From the IMG/VR virus record IMGVR_UViG_3300036790_000366, positions 12,384 through 76,383 of that record: a stretch of 64,000 nt of DNA; one strand, written 5' to 3'. The notes under the pieces are model-generated. The model made no database searches. It saw nothing but the letters and a program-made list of their open reading frames with translations, and was not told where the DNA came from. Source of the DNA: a virus. Positions 18,443-27,903 of this stretch are shown here, one piece after another. A program made the translations under genes and the position numbers. How positions within the stretch are numbered: position 1 is the stretch's first letter; each line of letters begins with the position of its first letter.

Positions 18443-19468
18443 TTACGAAACCGGGTTGGCGACGCAGCCGGAAAGGAACGTTCCCAGTTCCGGAGCCGTC
18501 AGCTGGCAGACGTACGAGGCCTCGATCTCGATGCGGTCCGAGGCGATGTGCTCCATGCGGTACTTCTTGATGCGCCCGCCCCACGCGGAGGCACCGAGGT
18601 AGCCATTCCACGCGAAGGTGTAGCCCGCGGACGGGGTGTTCCGGGAGGGACGCGGGGCCGAGTAGATGAGCAGGATTCCGTTGGAGTCCGCCGCGTTGCT
18701 CGCACCGGTGATCCACTGCGTGGTCGGCGCGGTGTCCGCAACGATTTCTTCGTCCTGGTTCGTGGCCTGGACGGCGGACGCCACGAGAACCTGGTCGATG
18801 CCCACGGCACGCGCGATCAGCTGCTCCGTGATGAAGCCCGCCTGCGTGTACTTGATGCGCTCGATGATTTCCGGGTGGTCCAACAGCGCGTTGTACGCGT
18901 TCGCGGAGAAGACCGCGATGTTCGGCATCATGCCGGTGCGCCGCTTGAAACGCAGCATCGCAGCGCGGAACACCTCGATCGGCTGCGAACCCGCCAGGTC
19001 GAACTGCGTGAACTGCGTGGAACTCGGCGAAGTGCTCGCCACGCCGGTGAGGGTTTCTCCCCAGACGCTCGAAGCGAAGTAGGAACTCACCCACTGGAGG
19101 TCGCGCCGGATGAGCAGCTGCTGCGTGATGAGTTCCGTGCCCGCGGTGTCGAACTGAAAATTTGCGTCCGCGTTGGAACGCAGCTGGTCTTCCACGTCGT
19201 AGTGCAGGCCCCACACCTGAGTGGTGTAGGTGTTCTTCGTGAACGTCCAGTCCACACCCGGGGTTTCAGTACCCGGCGCGCGGAGCGCAGCCTGAGACTG
19301 AAGGTAGCTCCTACGGCCGAAGCGGTAGTAGAAGTCGGAGATGTGGTCCACCGGAACGACGGGGAAGACCTTGTCCGCGATGAAGTCCTTGCTCTGCTGC
19401 GCGTAGGCAATCATCACCTGCGTCAGCGGGACCATCACGTGGACGTCGGACGGGCTGATGTTCGGCAC
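18443..19468 (-). CDS. Major capsid protein (HK97 fold, lambda gpE-like family)
   Basis: 'SDVHV..PLT...IAY.Q...FIADKVFPVVPV' and 'PSAGYTFAW'; follows scaffold and decoration genes. Confidence 0.9.
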   Translation of the reverse strand: MPNISPSDVHVMVPLTQVMIAYAQQSKDFIADKVFPVVPVDHISDFYYRFGRRSYLQSQAALRAPGTETPGVDWTFTKNTYTTQVWGLHYDVEDQLRSNADANFQFDTAGTELITQQLLIRRDLQWVSSYFASSVWGETLTGVASTSPSSTQFTQFDLAGSQPIEVFRAAMLRFKRRTGMMPNIAVFSANAYNALLDHPEIIERIKYTQAGFITEQLIARAVGIDQVLVASAVQATNQDEEIVADTAPTTQWITGASNAADSNGILLIYSAPRPSRNTPSAGYTFAWNGYLGASAWGGRIKKYRMEHIASDRIEIEASYVCQLTAPELGTFLSGCVANPVS

Positions 19469-19499
19469 TAGTTCACCCTCTCTGTTTTCTCGTGGCCGT

Positions 19500-19934
19500 T
19501 TAGATAACCGCGCCGAAAGGCTTCAGGCACACGGCGATCATGAAGCCCGTCGCGTTGGCCGAAGCCTCTTCGGCGATACCGATGCAGCCCGCGGAGGAGG
19601 TCTGCGTGTGGGTGACCATGCCGAAAGCGTCCAGGTACAGCTTCGTACCGACCACGATCGAGGCGTCGGAGGAACGCACCCGGCTGACGCCGGAGAGCAT
19701 CACCGTGGCCGCCTGCGTGGGCGGTGTCTTGGACTGAATGATGCCCACCGCGTTGTCCGTGGCGGCCGTCACCGGGACCAGCAGACCGGCCGAGAACTTC
19801 ACGAACATGTACTGGTACCCGTTCGGGCACGAGATGCCGTTGACCGTGCACGCGACGGACAGGTCCGAGTTCGCGGAACCGGCCGTGCCGCCCGCGATCC
19901 AGCTGCGCTGGAAGCCCTGGATTTCGAGAGCCAT
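19500..19934 (-). CDS. Capsid cement / decoration protein (DUF2190-like)
   Basis: 'AVGIIQ...ATVMLSGVSRV...CIGIAEEA'; directly upstream of the major capsid gene. Confidence 0.7.
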   Translation of the reverse strand: MALEIQGFQRSWIAGGTAGSANSDLSVACTVNGISCPNGYQYMFVKFSAGLLVPVTAATDNAVGIIQSKTPPTQAATVMLSGVSRVRSSDASIVVGTKLYLDAFGMVTHTQTSSAGCIGIAEEASANATGFMIAVCLKPFGAVI

Positions 19935-19970
19935 TTTCTTCCTTCCTACTTCTCGGAGTTTCCAGGGCCT

Positions 19971-21869
19971 TTAGAGGTGCTTGGCTTCCTGGTAGAACTC
20001 GCCCGGGTGCTCCTTCATGTAGTCCACCACGAGCTGTTCCTTGGTGGGGCCGTCCGCGCCGGACTTCGCCACGATGGACTCGGCAGCCGCGTAGGCCTGC
20101 GTCATCTTGGCCTGCATGTCGTCCCCGCCGAGGACCGCTCCGCCGGTCATCCCGTGCTGCTTGAGAACGGTGGAGTCCGACACGATGTTCGCCGAGGCCT
20201 GAAGCATCTGCTCCAGTTCCGCGCCCATCTCCGGGTCGGTCTCGTAGGCGGTGCGCAGCTGCTTGGCGACCTTCGCCTCGTCGTAGCCGGGAATCCCCTT
20301 GAGGTTCCGCGCCTTCCCGATGTACGTGGCGACCTGCTTCTCTTCCAGAAGCTCGTCCAGCCGCGCGAACTTCGCCTTGGTCAGCGCATCCGGCTCGTTC
20401 TCGCCCTGGCCGCCGACGTTCTTGTACAGCTTCTTCTTGCCCACGACGGTTTCCACCTTCTCATTCTTGTTGGCACGGGTGGAGGTCTTCAGCCTCCCCA
20501 TGGAGTTCGTCGCCACCGAATCCATCTTGTCCGCGTCCTCGCCCTCGGACGCCTCGTCGGACATCTCGGAGGCCGGGGAGGCCTTGGCGAGAAGTTCGTA
20601 CACCTCGGATGCGACGGACTCCACCTGAGCGTCCAGCGTTGTGGACTTCGTGATGGAGGAACCGGCGAACCATTCCTGCGCGCCAGCGTTCAGCACGTCC
20701 AGGAAGTCTTCTACCACCGCCGGGTACAGGTCCGGACGGTTCTTCTCGTGGATGGCCGCGAGGTTCTTCGCCAGCCGCACGGACAGGTTCGCCGCCTCCA
20801 CGGCCACGAGGGCCTTCTGCACGTCCTCGGCACTCATGCCCTTGGACTTGTCCAGCGGGTTGTTCGGAGGCGCCACAGCGGTCCTCTGCCGGGTCGTGTG
20901 CTTGCTGTGACCCGTGCCGGTTCCGTTCCGCTTCACCCCCGGCTTGCTATAGATGCCGTCGGAGGTCCCGTGGTCCATGATGTCCAGACCTTCGGAGTTG
21001 GTCTTCTTCTTCCGCGCCTTGCCGATCCGGAGCGCGCGGTTCGCATCGGACATCGTGGATTCCAGCCGTGTCTGCGCCGGGACGGTGGGCTGCGAGTTCT
21101 CGCGGTAGAGCTGCGCCGCGTTCTCGGTCACCGTCTGGCTGCCGCCGTCGGTCAGGTCGTAGGAGTCGAGGCCGGGATTCTTCTTGGCCAGCTTCTTCTT
21201 CTTGCCCAGCGGGGCACGCGACTTGTGCGTGGCCATGGTGGAGTCGGAAGCGTTCGTCGCGGTGTTCTGGAAGCCGCCGCCCTTGTTCGGACGGGTTCCG
21301 GTGGGCTTGGTCTCGGCGAGCGCCTCGATGTCCGAGTCGTCGTCTTCGCCCTCCTTCTCGGATTCCAGGGCCTCGTTGTCCACCGTGTCCACGGACTCGC
21401 CGGTGGCCTTCCCGATTTCCTCGTCGAACCAACCGTCGTTGCTCTTGCTCATCGAAGACCTCTCAACAGAATCCCCCAGCGCTTCGCCGTTCTCCCCGTT
21501 GTCCTGGTCGTACTGCTCGTCCTCGAACGTGTAGCCGCTGGCGTTCGAAGTCGAGTTCGTTGCGTCGTCGTTCTTCGGGGGCTTCTTCGGGTTCGTCACC
21601 GTCTTCGTGACCAGGACCCTGGTCTTGGCCAGATCGGTGGAACCGCAGCGCTTGCACTTGCTGGCACCCTTGGCGTTCATCATGCCGCAGTGGTTGCACT
21701 TGATCTGGCCCATGGCCTTGCGCACGGTGAACGTCTGGGGAGAGTTCCTGCGCAGCCCCTTGTTCTTGGCCAGAAGAATGTCGGCGTGCTCGTTGGCGCC
21801 GTCGCCCACCAGGTCCACCCGGTTGTACTTCATTCCGGTGAGCGCCTGCCGCTTTCGTACCTGCGTCAC
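19971..21869 (-). CDS. Scaffold / head-core protein with Zn ribbon and long charged linker
   Basis: N-terminal 'RVDLVGDGANEHADILLAK' (XkdF-associated motif); CxxC-10-CxxC; C-terminal scaffold-like helices. Confidence 0.7.
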   Translation of the reverse strand: MTQVRKRQALTGMKYNRVDLVGDGANEHADILLAKNKGLRRNSPQTFTVRKAMGQIKCNHCGMMNAKGASKCKRCGSTDLAKTRVLVTKTVTNPKKPPKNDDATNSTSNASGYTFEDEQYDQDNGENGEALGDSVERSSMSKSNDGWFDEEIGKATGESVDTVDNEALESEKEGEDDDSDIEALAETKPTGTRPNKGGGFQNTATNASDSTMATHKSRAPLGKKKKLAKKNPGLDSYDLTDGGSQTVTENAAQLYRENSQPTVPAQTRLESTMSDANRALRIGKARKKKTNSEGLDIMDHGTSDGIYSKPGVKRNGTGTGHSKHTTRQRTAVAPPNNPLDKSKGMSAEDVQKALVAVEAANLSVRLAKNLAAIHEKNRPDLYPAVVEDFLDVLNAGAQEWFAGSSITKSTTLDAQVESVASEVYELLAKASPASEMSDEASEGEDADKMDSVATNSMGRLKTSTRANKNEKVETVVGKKKLYKNVGGQGENEPDALTKAKFARLDELLEEKQVATYIGKARNLKGIPGYDEAKVAKQLRTAYETDPEMGAELEQMLQASANIVSDSTVLKQHGMTGGAVLGGDDMQAKMTQAYAAAESIVAKSGADGPTKEQLVVDYMKEHPGEFYQEAKHL

Positions 21870-22381
21870 AGCGGGATCCTCCTCCCTGTTCCCTGGACCG
21901 AGAACATCTTGTACTTGCCTTTCTTCACACCGTCCCACGCCATCGGGTCGTCGATGTGGAAGCCGGTCCACCACGCGATGGGGAGAACCCCCGAGGGGAT
22001 TCCCATGGCTTTCCACTTCTCCGGGGTGGACACGAAGCTCTCGATGAGAGTCCCCTTGCCGCCCTTGCCGATGTGCTCGGTTCCCTGGTCGCGCCCGTTG
22101 AGGGTGAAGTCGTAGGCCGCGTCCTCGATGTCCTCGACACTTTTGAGGACGTCGCCCTGCCAGTCGGTGTACTCGCGGTACCGCCCGTTGTCCGGAAGAT
22201 ATCCGACGGAAGCCCATCCGAAGACGTTCTGCTTCTCGACGTTGAACTTCTGGATCCGGTGGACGGTACGGAAAGAAAAATCGTCCCGCCCCTTTAGAAC
22301 TCGTCCCTCCATGCTCGGAATTTTCACTCCGACACTTTCGGAAAAGTTCCAGAACTCCTCGTCCGTGATTGTAAGGCCCAT
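21866..22381 (-). CDS. XkdF-like prohead protease
   Basis: 'VFGWASV...DWQGD...IEDAAYDF...EH...LIESFV...WWTGF...W..VK.G.YKMFSVQG'. Confidence 0.8.
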   Translation of the reverse strand: MGLTITDEEFWNFSESVGVKIPSMEGRVLKGRDDFSFRTVHRIQKFNVEKQNVFGWASVGYLPDNGRYREYTDWQGDVLKSVEDIEDAAYDFTLNGRDQGTEHIGKGGKGTLIESFVSTPEKWKAMGIPSGVLPIAWWTGFHIDDPMAWDGVKKGKYKMFSVQGTGRRIPL

Positions 22382-22385
22382 GTTT

Positions 22386-22877
22386 TTACTCCGTCAAACC
22401 GGAGAAGCAGGAAACCGCGGACTCGAAAAGTTCCGCAGACTTGTCCACGGAAGTCTTTTGCGCCAGCGGGTTCTTCACGCCCATCGCCCTGGCCCGCCTT
22501 CCGATCAGGCGCTTTGCCGCACCGACGTCCCCGTGGCCGGAACGCGCAAGGGTCGCCGCGTTCTTCAGATCCTCCGGGTCCTGGATCGGATACGAGTTGT
22601 TGGGGAGCGCCTTGCCCTGCGCCGCCAGGGACCGGCGGTTCTTCGCCGAGTGGAACTTCTTCTGGATTTTCATCTTGTTCACCCAATCGGGACTGTACTC
22701 GATCTGCTTCACCTTGCGCTTATGGTTCTTGTTCCGCGCCTTGCGCTCGTCGTCCATCGCGGTGGAGAACTTCTTCTGCTTCTTCCGCGGAGGCGCCATA
22801 CCGGCGCCGTCCGTCTCGCTGTTCACCTCAGCGAGGACGTGAACGTCCGACGGGGTCAGGTTCGGCAAGGGAGTCAC
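22386..22877 (-). CDS. Head-associated protein (DUF6582-like domain)
   Basis: 'ALPNNSYPIQDPEDLKNA...AKRLIGRRARAMG' domain, often fused to phage proteases/scaffolds. Confidence 0.6.
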   Translation of the reverse strand: MTPLPNLTPSDVHVLAEVNSETDGAGMAPPRKKQKKFSTAMDDERKARNKNHKRKVKQIEYSPDWVNKMKIQKKFHSAKNRRSLAAQGKALPNNSYPIQDPEDLKNAATLARSGHGDVGAAKRLIGRRARAMGVKNPLAQKTSVDKSAELFESAVSCFSGLTE

Positions 22878-23358
22878 CCCGCTCCGCGTTCTTGAACCGG
22901 GCGAGAGCCAGTTCTATGGCCTTGTCCGTCCACGCGTTGGCCAGCAGGTTCCACCGCGTGGTGAGCAGCGACTTCCGGCGTACCTGCACTGCACTGGACC
23001 CGGGATTGTCGCGCGCGTACTGGATCATCACCCGGGACATCTCCGCGCTCAGCCCCAGGGTGAGGCCGCGGATTTTCTTGGCCTCCTCCTGAGAGAAAGT
23101 CAGAAGTACCTGGTCGTTCGTGCGCTTGGCCAGCAGATCCTGCTGCGCCTGCACGACCTGCTCCAGGATCTCCTTGCCCATGTTCCTGTCCTGGAGCAGA
23201 AACGTGGACCCCAGGAAATAGGCCACGTTCGCGTATACCTCGTAGAAGCCCAGCTGGATCGGGCCCATGTCCAGGCTCGGGAAGTTCCGGCAGCCGCGTG
23301 TCGTGGCCAGCCGCATCTTCGACTTCGCGTCGCCTTCTAGTTCCGGTGTCAGGTTCAC
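22828..23358 (-). CDS. Hypothetical helical protein
   Basis: GTG start overlaps the portal stop; normal codon usage. Confidence 0.55.
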   Translation of the reverse strand: MNLTPELEGDAKSKMRLATTRGCRNFPSLDMGPIQLGFYEVYANVAYFLGSTFLLQDRNMGKEILEQVVQAQQDLLAKRTNDQVLLTFSQEEAKKIRGLTLGLSAEMSRVMIQYARDNPGSSAVQVRRKSLLTTRWNLLANAWTDKAIELALARFKNAERGDSLAEPDPVGRSRPR

Positions 23359-25964
23359 TGTGCGATCACCCTCGGGAAGGGAGTGTTCGGGCTCCCGTTG
23401 ACGGGACTGACCTGGTTGTTCGCAGACCATCTGATTTCCGCCTTGGCCTGCGGGACGTGCGCGTTGCAGCAGCGGTGCACGATCGCGTCGCCCTGCATGA
23501 AACGCTGCTTCTCCGGCTTCTGGCAGAAGTCGCACTTCTTCATCGCATACTTCACCGGGACCTGATTGACCGGTGCGCTCTTGGAGACCTTCGCCTCCCA
23601 CCTGTCGCAGACGTCCTCGGAGTCGATCGCCCCCTTCACCAGGGAGCAGCCGTGCGGGCCGCGGAACATGACGCAGTTCCCGCACTTCCGGGAACCGATG
23701 GCCGGGCGGTATCGGACGTCCTGCTTGGACATCTTCAGCCGCTTGGCCAGGGCGGCACTCGAATCCGGGTCGTCGCTGGTGTACTGCTGCGCGTGCATCT
23801 CGTCCCAGGGACCCGTGTTCTGTTCCACGTGCGCCACGTAGGTGGGGGCCGGGTAGCCCAGCCCGTGATAGGCCATGTAGTGGTGGTGGCCGTCCACGAT
23901 CCTCAGCTTGTTGGAACCGGGAACCCGCACCGCGACGATCGGCTTGTGCTTGCCCTCCTTGATCTCCTTGGAGAAGTCCTTCACCTTCTCCGGTTCGTGG
24001 GAGGCCGCCCAGGACTTCTGGTCCGCGGTGTCGAACATCTCCGTGGGGACCATCTCCGGGCCGGTCCACACCGCGTCCTTCATCCACTTCATGGACGACT
24101 TCGGGAAGTCGGAGGACATCTGCTTCTTCACGCGCTTGCGCACGCCGACGGTGTCCTGCGGCGCGATGTGCTTGGCCACGGAGCGGTTCTTCAGTCCGCC
24201 GGTGGACTTCGCCGGGGCGTTCTGCGCCGCCCTCGTGGAGATGGTGGCCCGCCGTGCCGCCGGGGGCTGCTTCGACTTCACCGGACCGGTGGACTTCGTC
24301 GGAGCGCCCGGCTTGGAGCCCTTCTGCTTCCCGCCGGACCCGACCGTCTTCGCCGCCCGGTTCGTCGCGGTCGCCTGCGCCGCGCCCTTGGCCGGTGCGT
24401 TGGCGCCCGTGGAGGGGGCACCAGGGGCCGCACCCGCCGCCCCGGCCGGTGGCTTAAGGGTGACCGGGTCCATGCGCTCCACGATGCTTCCCTGGGGCGC
24501 GGGGACCACACCTTCCGCGTTCGCGTCCCTCGCGGTGCGCTGCGCCATGTCCTGCTCCGCGGAGGAACTGGCCAGCATCGTGTCCAGCTGCTGGTTGATG
24601 ATTTTCTCTTCGATGCCCTCGTTGACCGGGTTGCTCTCCCGGATCGGGAGCTTCGCGAACTCCCGCAGGTGGTTCTCCAGCTCGCTGTCCGGGAACAGCT
24701 GGGCACCGGCACCGGCCATGGCGGAGATCAGGGTGGCCAGGTCGGTGAGCGTCGGCTTCTGCACGATGTCGTGCCGGAGCTTCGGGTAGGGGCCGTTGTT
24801 GATTCCGTTCATCCGGAACAGCAGCGGGATGGCCCGGTTGTTTATCTCGTTCTCGATGTCGTTCAGGAAGGTTTCCAGGGCGGACTGGAACATGCTGGCC
24901 TTGGAGGTGGACAGCGCGTAGGAGCCGTTGTTCGTGGCGTCGTTCCCCAGCAGGAGGAAGTCGGCCAGAACCGTCATGGCGATGCGGGACTCGTACCGGC
25001 TGATGATTTCCTGCGTGGGGAACTGCCGGGAGCCGCCGGAGGTCAGGAGCTTGAACGTGTAGAGCTCGTGGCCCGCCGCGTCGTACGCCTGCGGCCAGAC
25101 GATGCCCTCCTGCTCGTCCCGCCGGACGTTCTGCACCAGCTTGACGACCGAGGCCACCATGGCCTGATCCGCCTCGCTGGCGTTCTCCCCCAGCATCTCC
25201 GCGGGAACCGTGGCGATCGGGATACCGGCCAGGTCGCGCTCTACGCCGATGGCCTCGATCTCTTCGATCCGCTTCAGGAAGTACCAGGAGCGGTAGGCCG
25301 TGCGCAGGACGGAGACGCCTTCCGGGTTGTCCTTCCAGGACTTCGTCCGGAAGTGCAGCGACTTCCCCAGCGGAAGATACCGCTCCGAGTAGTCGGGCGC
25401 GGGGCGCTGCCACATGCCGATCGTCTTGCCGGAGACCGGGGAGAAGTCCCACCTCCACCAGGATTCCTGAGCGATCGGCATGAACTTCTGCCAGCCGATC
25501 AGCCCGTCGTTCCACTGGGACGCGGTGGTGCCGAATTCGTCGATGACATCGTTGAAGCGCTGCTTGTAGCAGATCTCGAACCAGGACCACCCGTACGGCA
25601 GCATCGAGTTGACTTCGGAGATGAAGTCGGGCCAGCTCATCTCCATGTCGTCCCGGCACGAGGCGAGGAACTTGGCGCGCTCCTTGTCCACCTTCGATTC
25701 GCTGGCCGCCTCCTCGCGCCACAGCACCTTGCGCATGAACATGTCGATGGCGAACAAGACGGCGCCGATGACGGAGGAGTTCTGGGACATCTCCTGGTAG
25801 ACGCTGACGGCCTTGCGGCCCATCAGCTGCGGGAGAAGTTCCTCGTAGATGTAGCCGTACGATCGCTTCAGGCCGCTCTGACCGAACTGTACGGCACCGA
25901 GACCCATCCGCGGTTCGGCGCCGGTAAGCGTGGGTGTCTTCCTCACCTTCAACTTCTGCGCCAC
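23355..25964 (-). CDS. Portal protein (DUF935 / Mu gp29-like) with C-terminal ParB, HiPIP-like and Zn modules
   Basis: 'DNPEGVSVLRTAYRSWYF', 'IGVERDLAGIP', 'IAMTVLADFLLLG...GSYALS'; follows TerL. Confidence 0.9.
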   Translation of the reverse strand: MAQKLKVRKTPTLTGAEPRMGLGAVQFGQSGLKRSYGYIYEELLPQLMGRKAVSVYQEMSQNSSVIGAVLFAIDMFMRKVLWREEAASESKVDKERAKFLASCRDDMEMSWPDFISEVNSMLPYGWSWFEICYKQRFNDVIDEFGTTASQWNDGLIGWQKFMPIAQESWWRWDFSPVSGKTIGMWQRPAPDYSERYLPLGKSLHFRTKSWKDNPEGVSVLRTAYRSWYFLKRIEEIEAIGVERDLAGIPIATVPAEMLGENASEADQAMVASVVKLVQNVRRDEQEGIVWPQAYDAAGHELYTFKLLTSGGSRQFPTQEIISRYESRIAMTVLADFLLLGNDATNNGSYALSTSKASMFQSALETFLNDIENEINNRAIPLLFRMNGINNGPYPKLRHDIVQKPTLTDLATLISAMAGAGAQLFPDSELENHLREFAKLPIRESNPVNEGIEEKIINQQLDTMLASSSAEQDMAQRTARDANAEGVVPAPQGSIVERMDPVTLKPPAGAAGAAPGAPSTGANAPAKGAAQATATNRAAKTVGSGGKQKGSKPGAPTKSTGPVKSKQPPAARRATISTRAAQNAPAKSTGGLKNRSVAKHIAPQDTVGVRKRVKKQMSSDFPKSSMKWMKDAVWTGPEMVPTEMFDTADQKSWAASHEPEKVKDFSKEIKEGKHKPIVAVRVPGSNKLRIVDGHHHYMAYHGLGYPAPTYVAHVEQNTGPWDEMHAQQYTSDDPDSSAALAKRLKMSKQDVRYRPAIGSRKCGNCVMFRGPHGCSLVKGAIDSEDVCDRWEAKVSKSAPVNQVPVKYAMKKCDFCQKPEKQRFMQGDAIVHRCCNAHVPQAKAEIRWSANNQVSPVNGSPNTPFPRVIAQ

Positions 25965-25971
25965 TTTTTCC

Positions 25972-27387
25972 TCAAATCTTCCAGGGTGAAGTCTCACGGG
26001 TGATGGAGATCACGCTCGTGTTCCTGTTCGCGTTCCGCTTCCGTGCCGACCATGCCAGCGCGGTGGAGGCGATGGTGTCCGGCAGGTGGGAAGAGGTGCC
26101 GACGTTGTACAGGTCGTCCGCGGTGACCAGACGGAAGTCGTCGTACATCGAGATGATACGCGGGGACAGGAAGTTGTGGCTTTCCACCCCGTGCACGAAC
26201 TCGGTGATCATGTCTGTGCGGATCTTGCCGTTCATGGAGATCTCGGTCAGGTTGTCCCGCACGGTTCCCGGGGGATAGACGATGTAGTCGCTGACCACCG
26301 CACCGACACCGGTCGCGTCGGAGACCACGTCGCCGCCGTACATGGCCCAGCGCTTGTTCAACCGACCGATCAGAACATCCCATGGCCTCTTGTTTATCTT
26401 CTCGAACGCCGCCATCTTCCACTGCCCCACCGTGACGTCCCAGGTGGTGATGACCGTGAAGTCCCGCGACTTCGCCCAGTCCACCCCGGTCACGTAGTCG
26501 CGGTCCGGCCGTGGCTTCATGAACTGGTAGAACATCCCGTCCTCGCCCTTGACGATGTCCCACCGCGGATCGAACATCTTCTCCACGGCTTCTTCGTCCA
26601 GCGCACGGCCTTCGAAGTTCGGTTCAAGGATGTCGTATTCGTTCCGCCACATCTGGGCAGGGATTTCGAGGCGCTTGCGCTCGATCTCCTCGGGGTCCAG
26701 CCATCCGTCCACCGGGTTCGAGGTTTCCTTGTAGCACCACGAGTAGACAGGGAAACCCTTCTCCGCGAACTCTCTCTTGTAGTAGGTGACCGGACCGTCC
26801 GGGTAGGTGTGCGTGCTGGAGAAGACGGTGGAAGTCTCGATCCTCTCCCCGGTGAGCATCGACTTCCCGCGCATGGGCTGGCCGAGGGCGGCTTGGACGA
26901 TGCTCAGGTCCGCCTCGTCGATCTCGTCGATCCGCAGACGGGAAGGGTGGGGGCCACGCACGGAGGTCTGCGAGGCCATGAGGGTTCGGGCCTTTCCTCC
27001 GTTCGTGAGAACCGTGTCGAACTTCGTCGGAGACTTCTCCAGCAGATACTTCGGTGCCCGCGGTGCGTGCCACAGGGCGTTCATGGATTCCTGCACGCGC
27101 ATGGCCTGCGCGCCGGAGCCGCCGAGGATCGAGACGAACGCACCGAGGTAGGTGAGCTCCATCATGCCCAGCAGCGACATGGTGAAGGTCTTGCCGGAGA
27201 AGCCACGAGAGCCGAGCCACATCGCCTGAGGACTTCTCGCGAAGAACGCGTTGCAGAAAGCCTCGAACGGTGTGTCGTGGTTCAGACACACCTTAGTCCG
27301 TGGAATCTTCACACCCCACGTGGCGAGCACGGCGTACCAGAGTTCCGCGTCCGTCTGCGGTGGCCTCTGGATGACGAAGTCGGTCAC
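25972..27387 (-). CDS. terL: Terminase large subunit
   Basis: Walker A 'GSRGFSGKT', Walker B 'LRIDE', 'SST' coupling motif, nuclease 'GVDWAKSRD', 'DATGVG', 'HLPD'. Confidence 0.93.
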   Translation of the reverse strand: MTDFVIQRPPQTDAELWYAVLATWGVKIPRTKVCLNHDTPFEAFCNAFFARSPQAMWLGSRGFSGKTFTMSLLGMMELTYLGAFVSILGGSGAQAMRVQESMNALWHAPRAPKYLLEKSPTKFDTVLTNGGKARTLMASQTSVRGPHPSRLRIDEIDEADLSIVQAALGQPMRGKSMLTGERIETSTVFSSTHTYPDGPVTYYKREFAEKGFPVYSWCYKETSNPVDGWLDPEEIERKRLEIPAQMWRNEYDILEPNFEGRALDEEAVEKMFDPRWDIVKGEDGMFYQFMKPRPDRDYVTGVDWAKSRDFTVITTWDVTVGQWKMAAFEKINKRPWDVLIGRLNKRWAMYGGDVVSDATGVGAVVSDYIVYPPGTVRDNLTEISMNGKIRTDMITEFVHGVESHNFLSPRIISMYDDFRLVTADDLYNVGTSSHLPDTIASTALAWSARKRNANRNTSVISITRETSPWKI

Positions 27388-27390
27388 TTC

Positions 27391-27765
27391 CTACCGCCGC
27401 AGACCGCCGATGGACCCCAGGTAGTCAGCGGTCAGCATGACGTTGTACGCGCCGACACTGGTATTCGCACCGACTTGGGCCACAACATCCGTGGATCCGT
27501 CCAGAGTCACAATGAACTTGTAAGGGCCGTAACCCGCGGACACGGCTGCGATCGGAACAGGCAGCGTGATACTTCCGATCACGACGGAGATGTTTCCCGC
27601 GTCGTTCGCCCCGACACCGGAACCTACGCTCGCATAGACGGCTAGTTCGTACTGACCAGCCTGCGTGACCTGGTTCGTATGGCTCAGAGTCGCAATGGCA
27701 GTTCCCGTGACGGTTCCGCCAGCAGCGTTCCCCGCCTTGAAAATCGTGGAAACTCCGACAGTCAT
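27391..27765 (-). CDS. Hypothetical beta-rich protein, possibly virion-associated
   Basis: 124 aa Gly/Val/Thr-rich; strong AAGGAG RBS. Confidence 0.6.
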   Translation of the reverse strand: MTVGVSTIFKAGNAAGGTVTGTAIATLSHTNQVTQAGQYELAVYASVGSGVGANDAGNISVVIGSITLPVPIAAVSAGYGPYKFIVTLDGSTDVVAQVGANTSVGAYNVMLTADYLGSIGGLRR

Positions 27766-27784
27766 GTCTCTCCTTTCCAAGGTT

Positions 27785-27856
27785 CGGGGGCGGACGCAGG
27801 TCACCCCGCAGGGTGCCTTGCACCCGGGCGATTATCTGGGCTGACGTCCGCCCCCG
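27785..27856 (-). promoter_or_regulatory. Structured leader hairpin ahead of the packaging/structural operon
   Basis: Perfect 12-bp inverted repeat with a nested hairpin; TATCAT -10-like hexamer just upstream. Confidence 0.5.
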
Positions 27857-27903
27857 GAGGACATGATAGAGCACGGGGAAGTTTTTTCCGACTTGCCGAC
27901 CCG

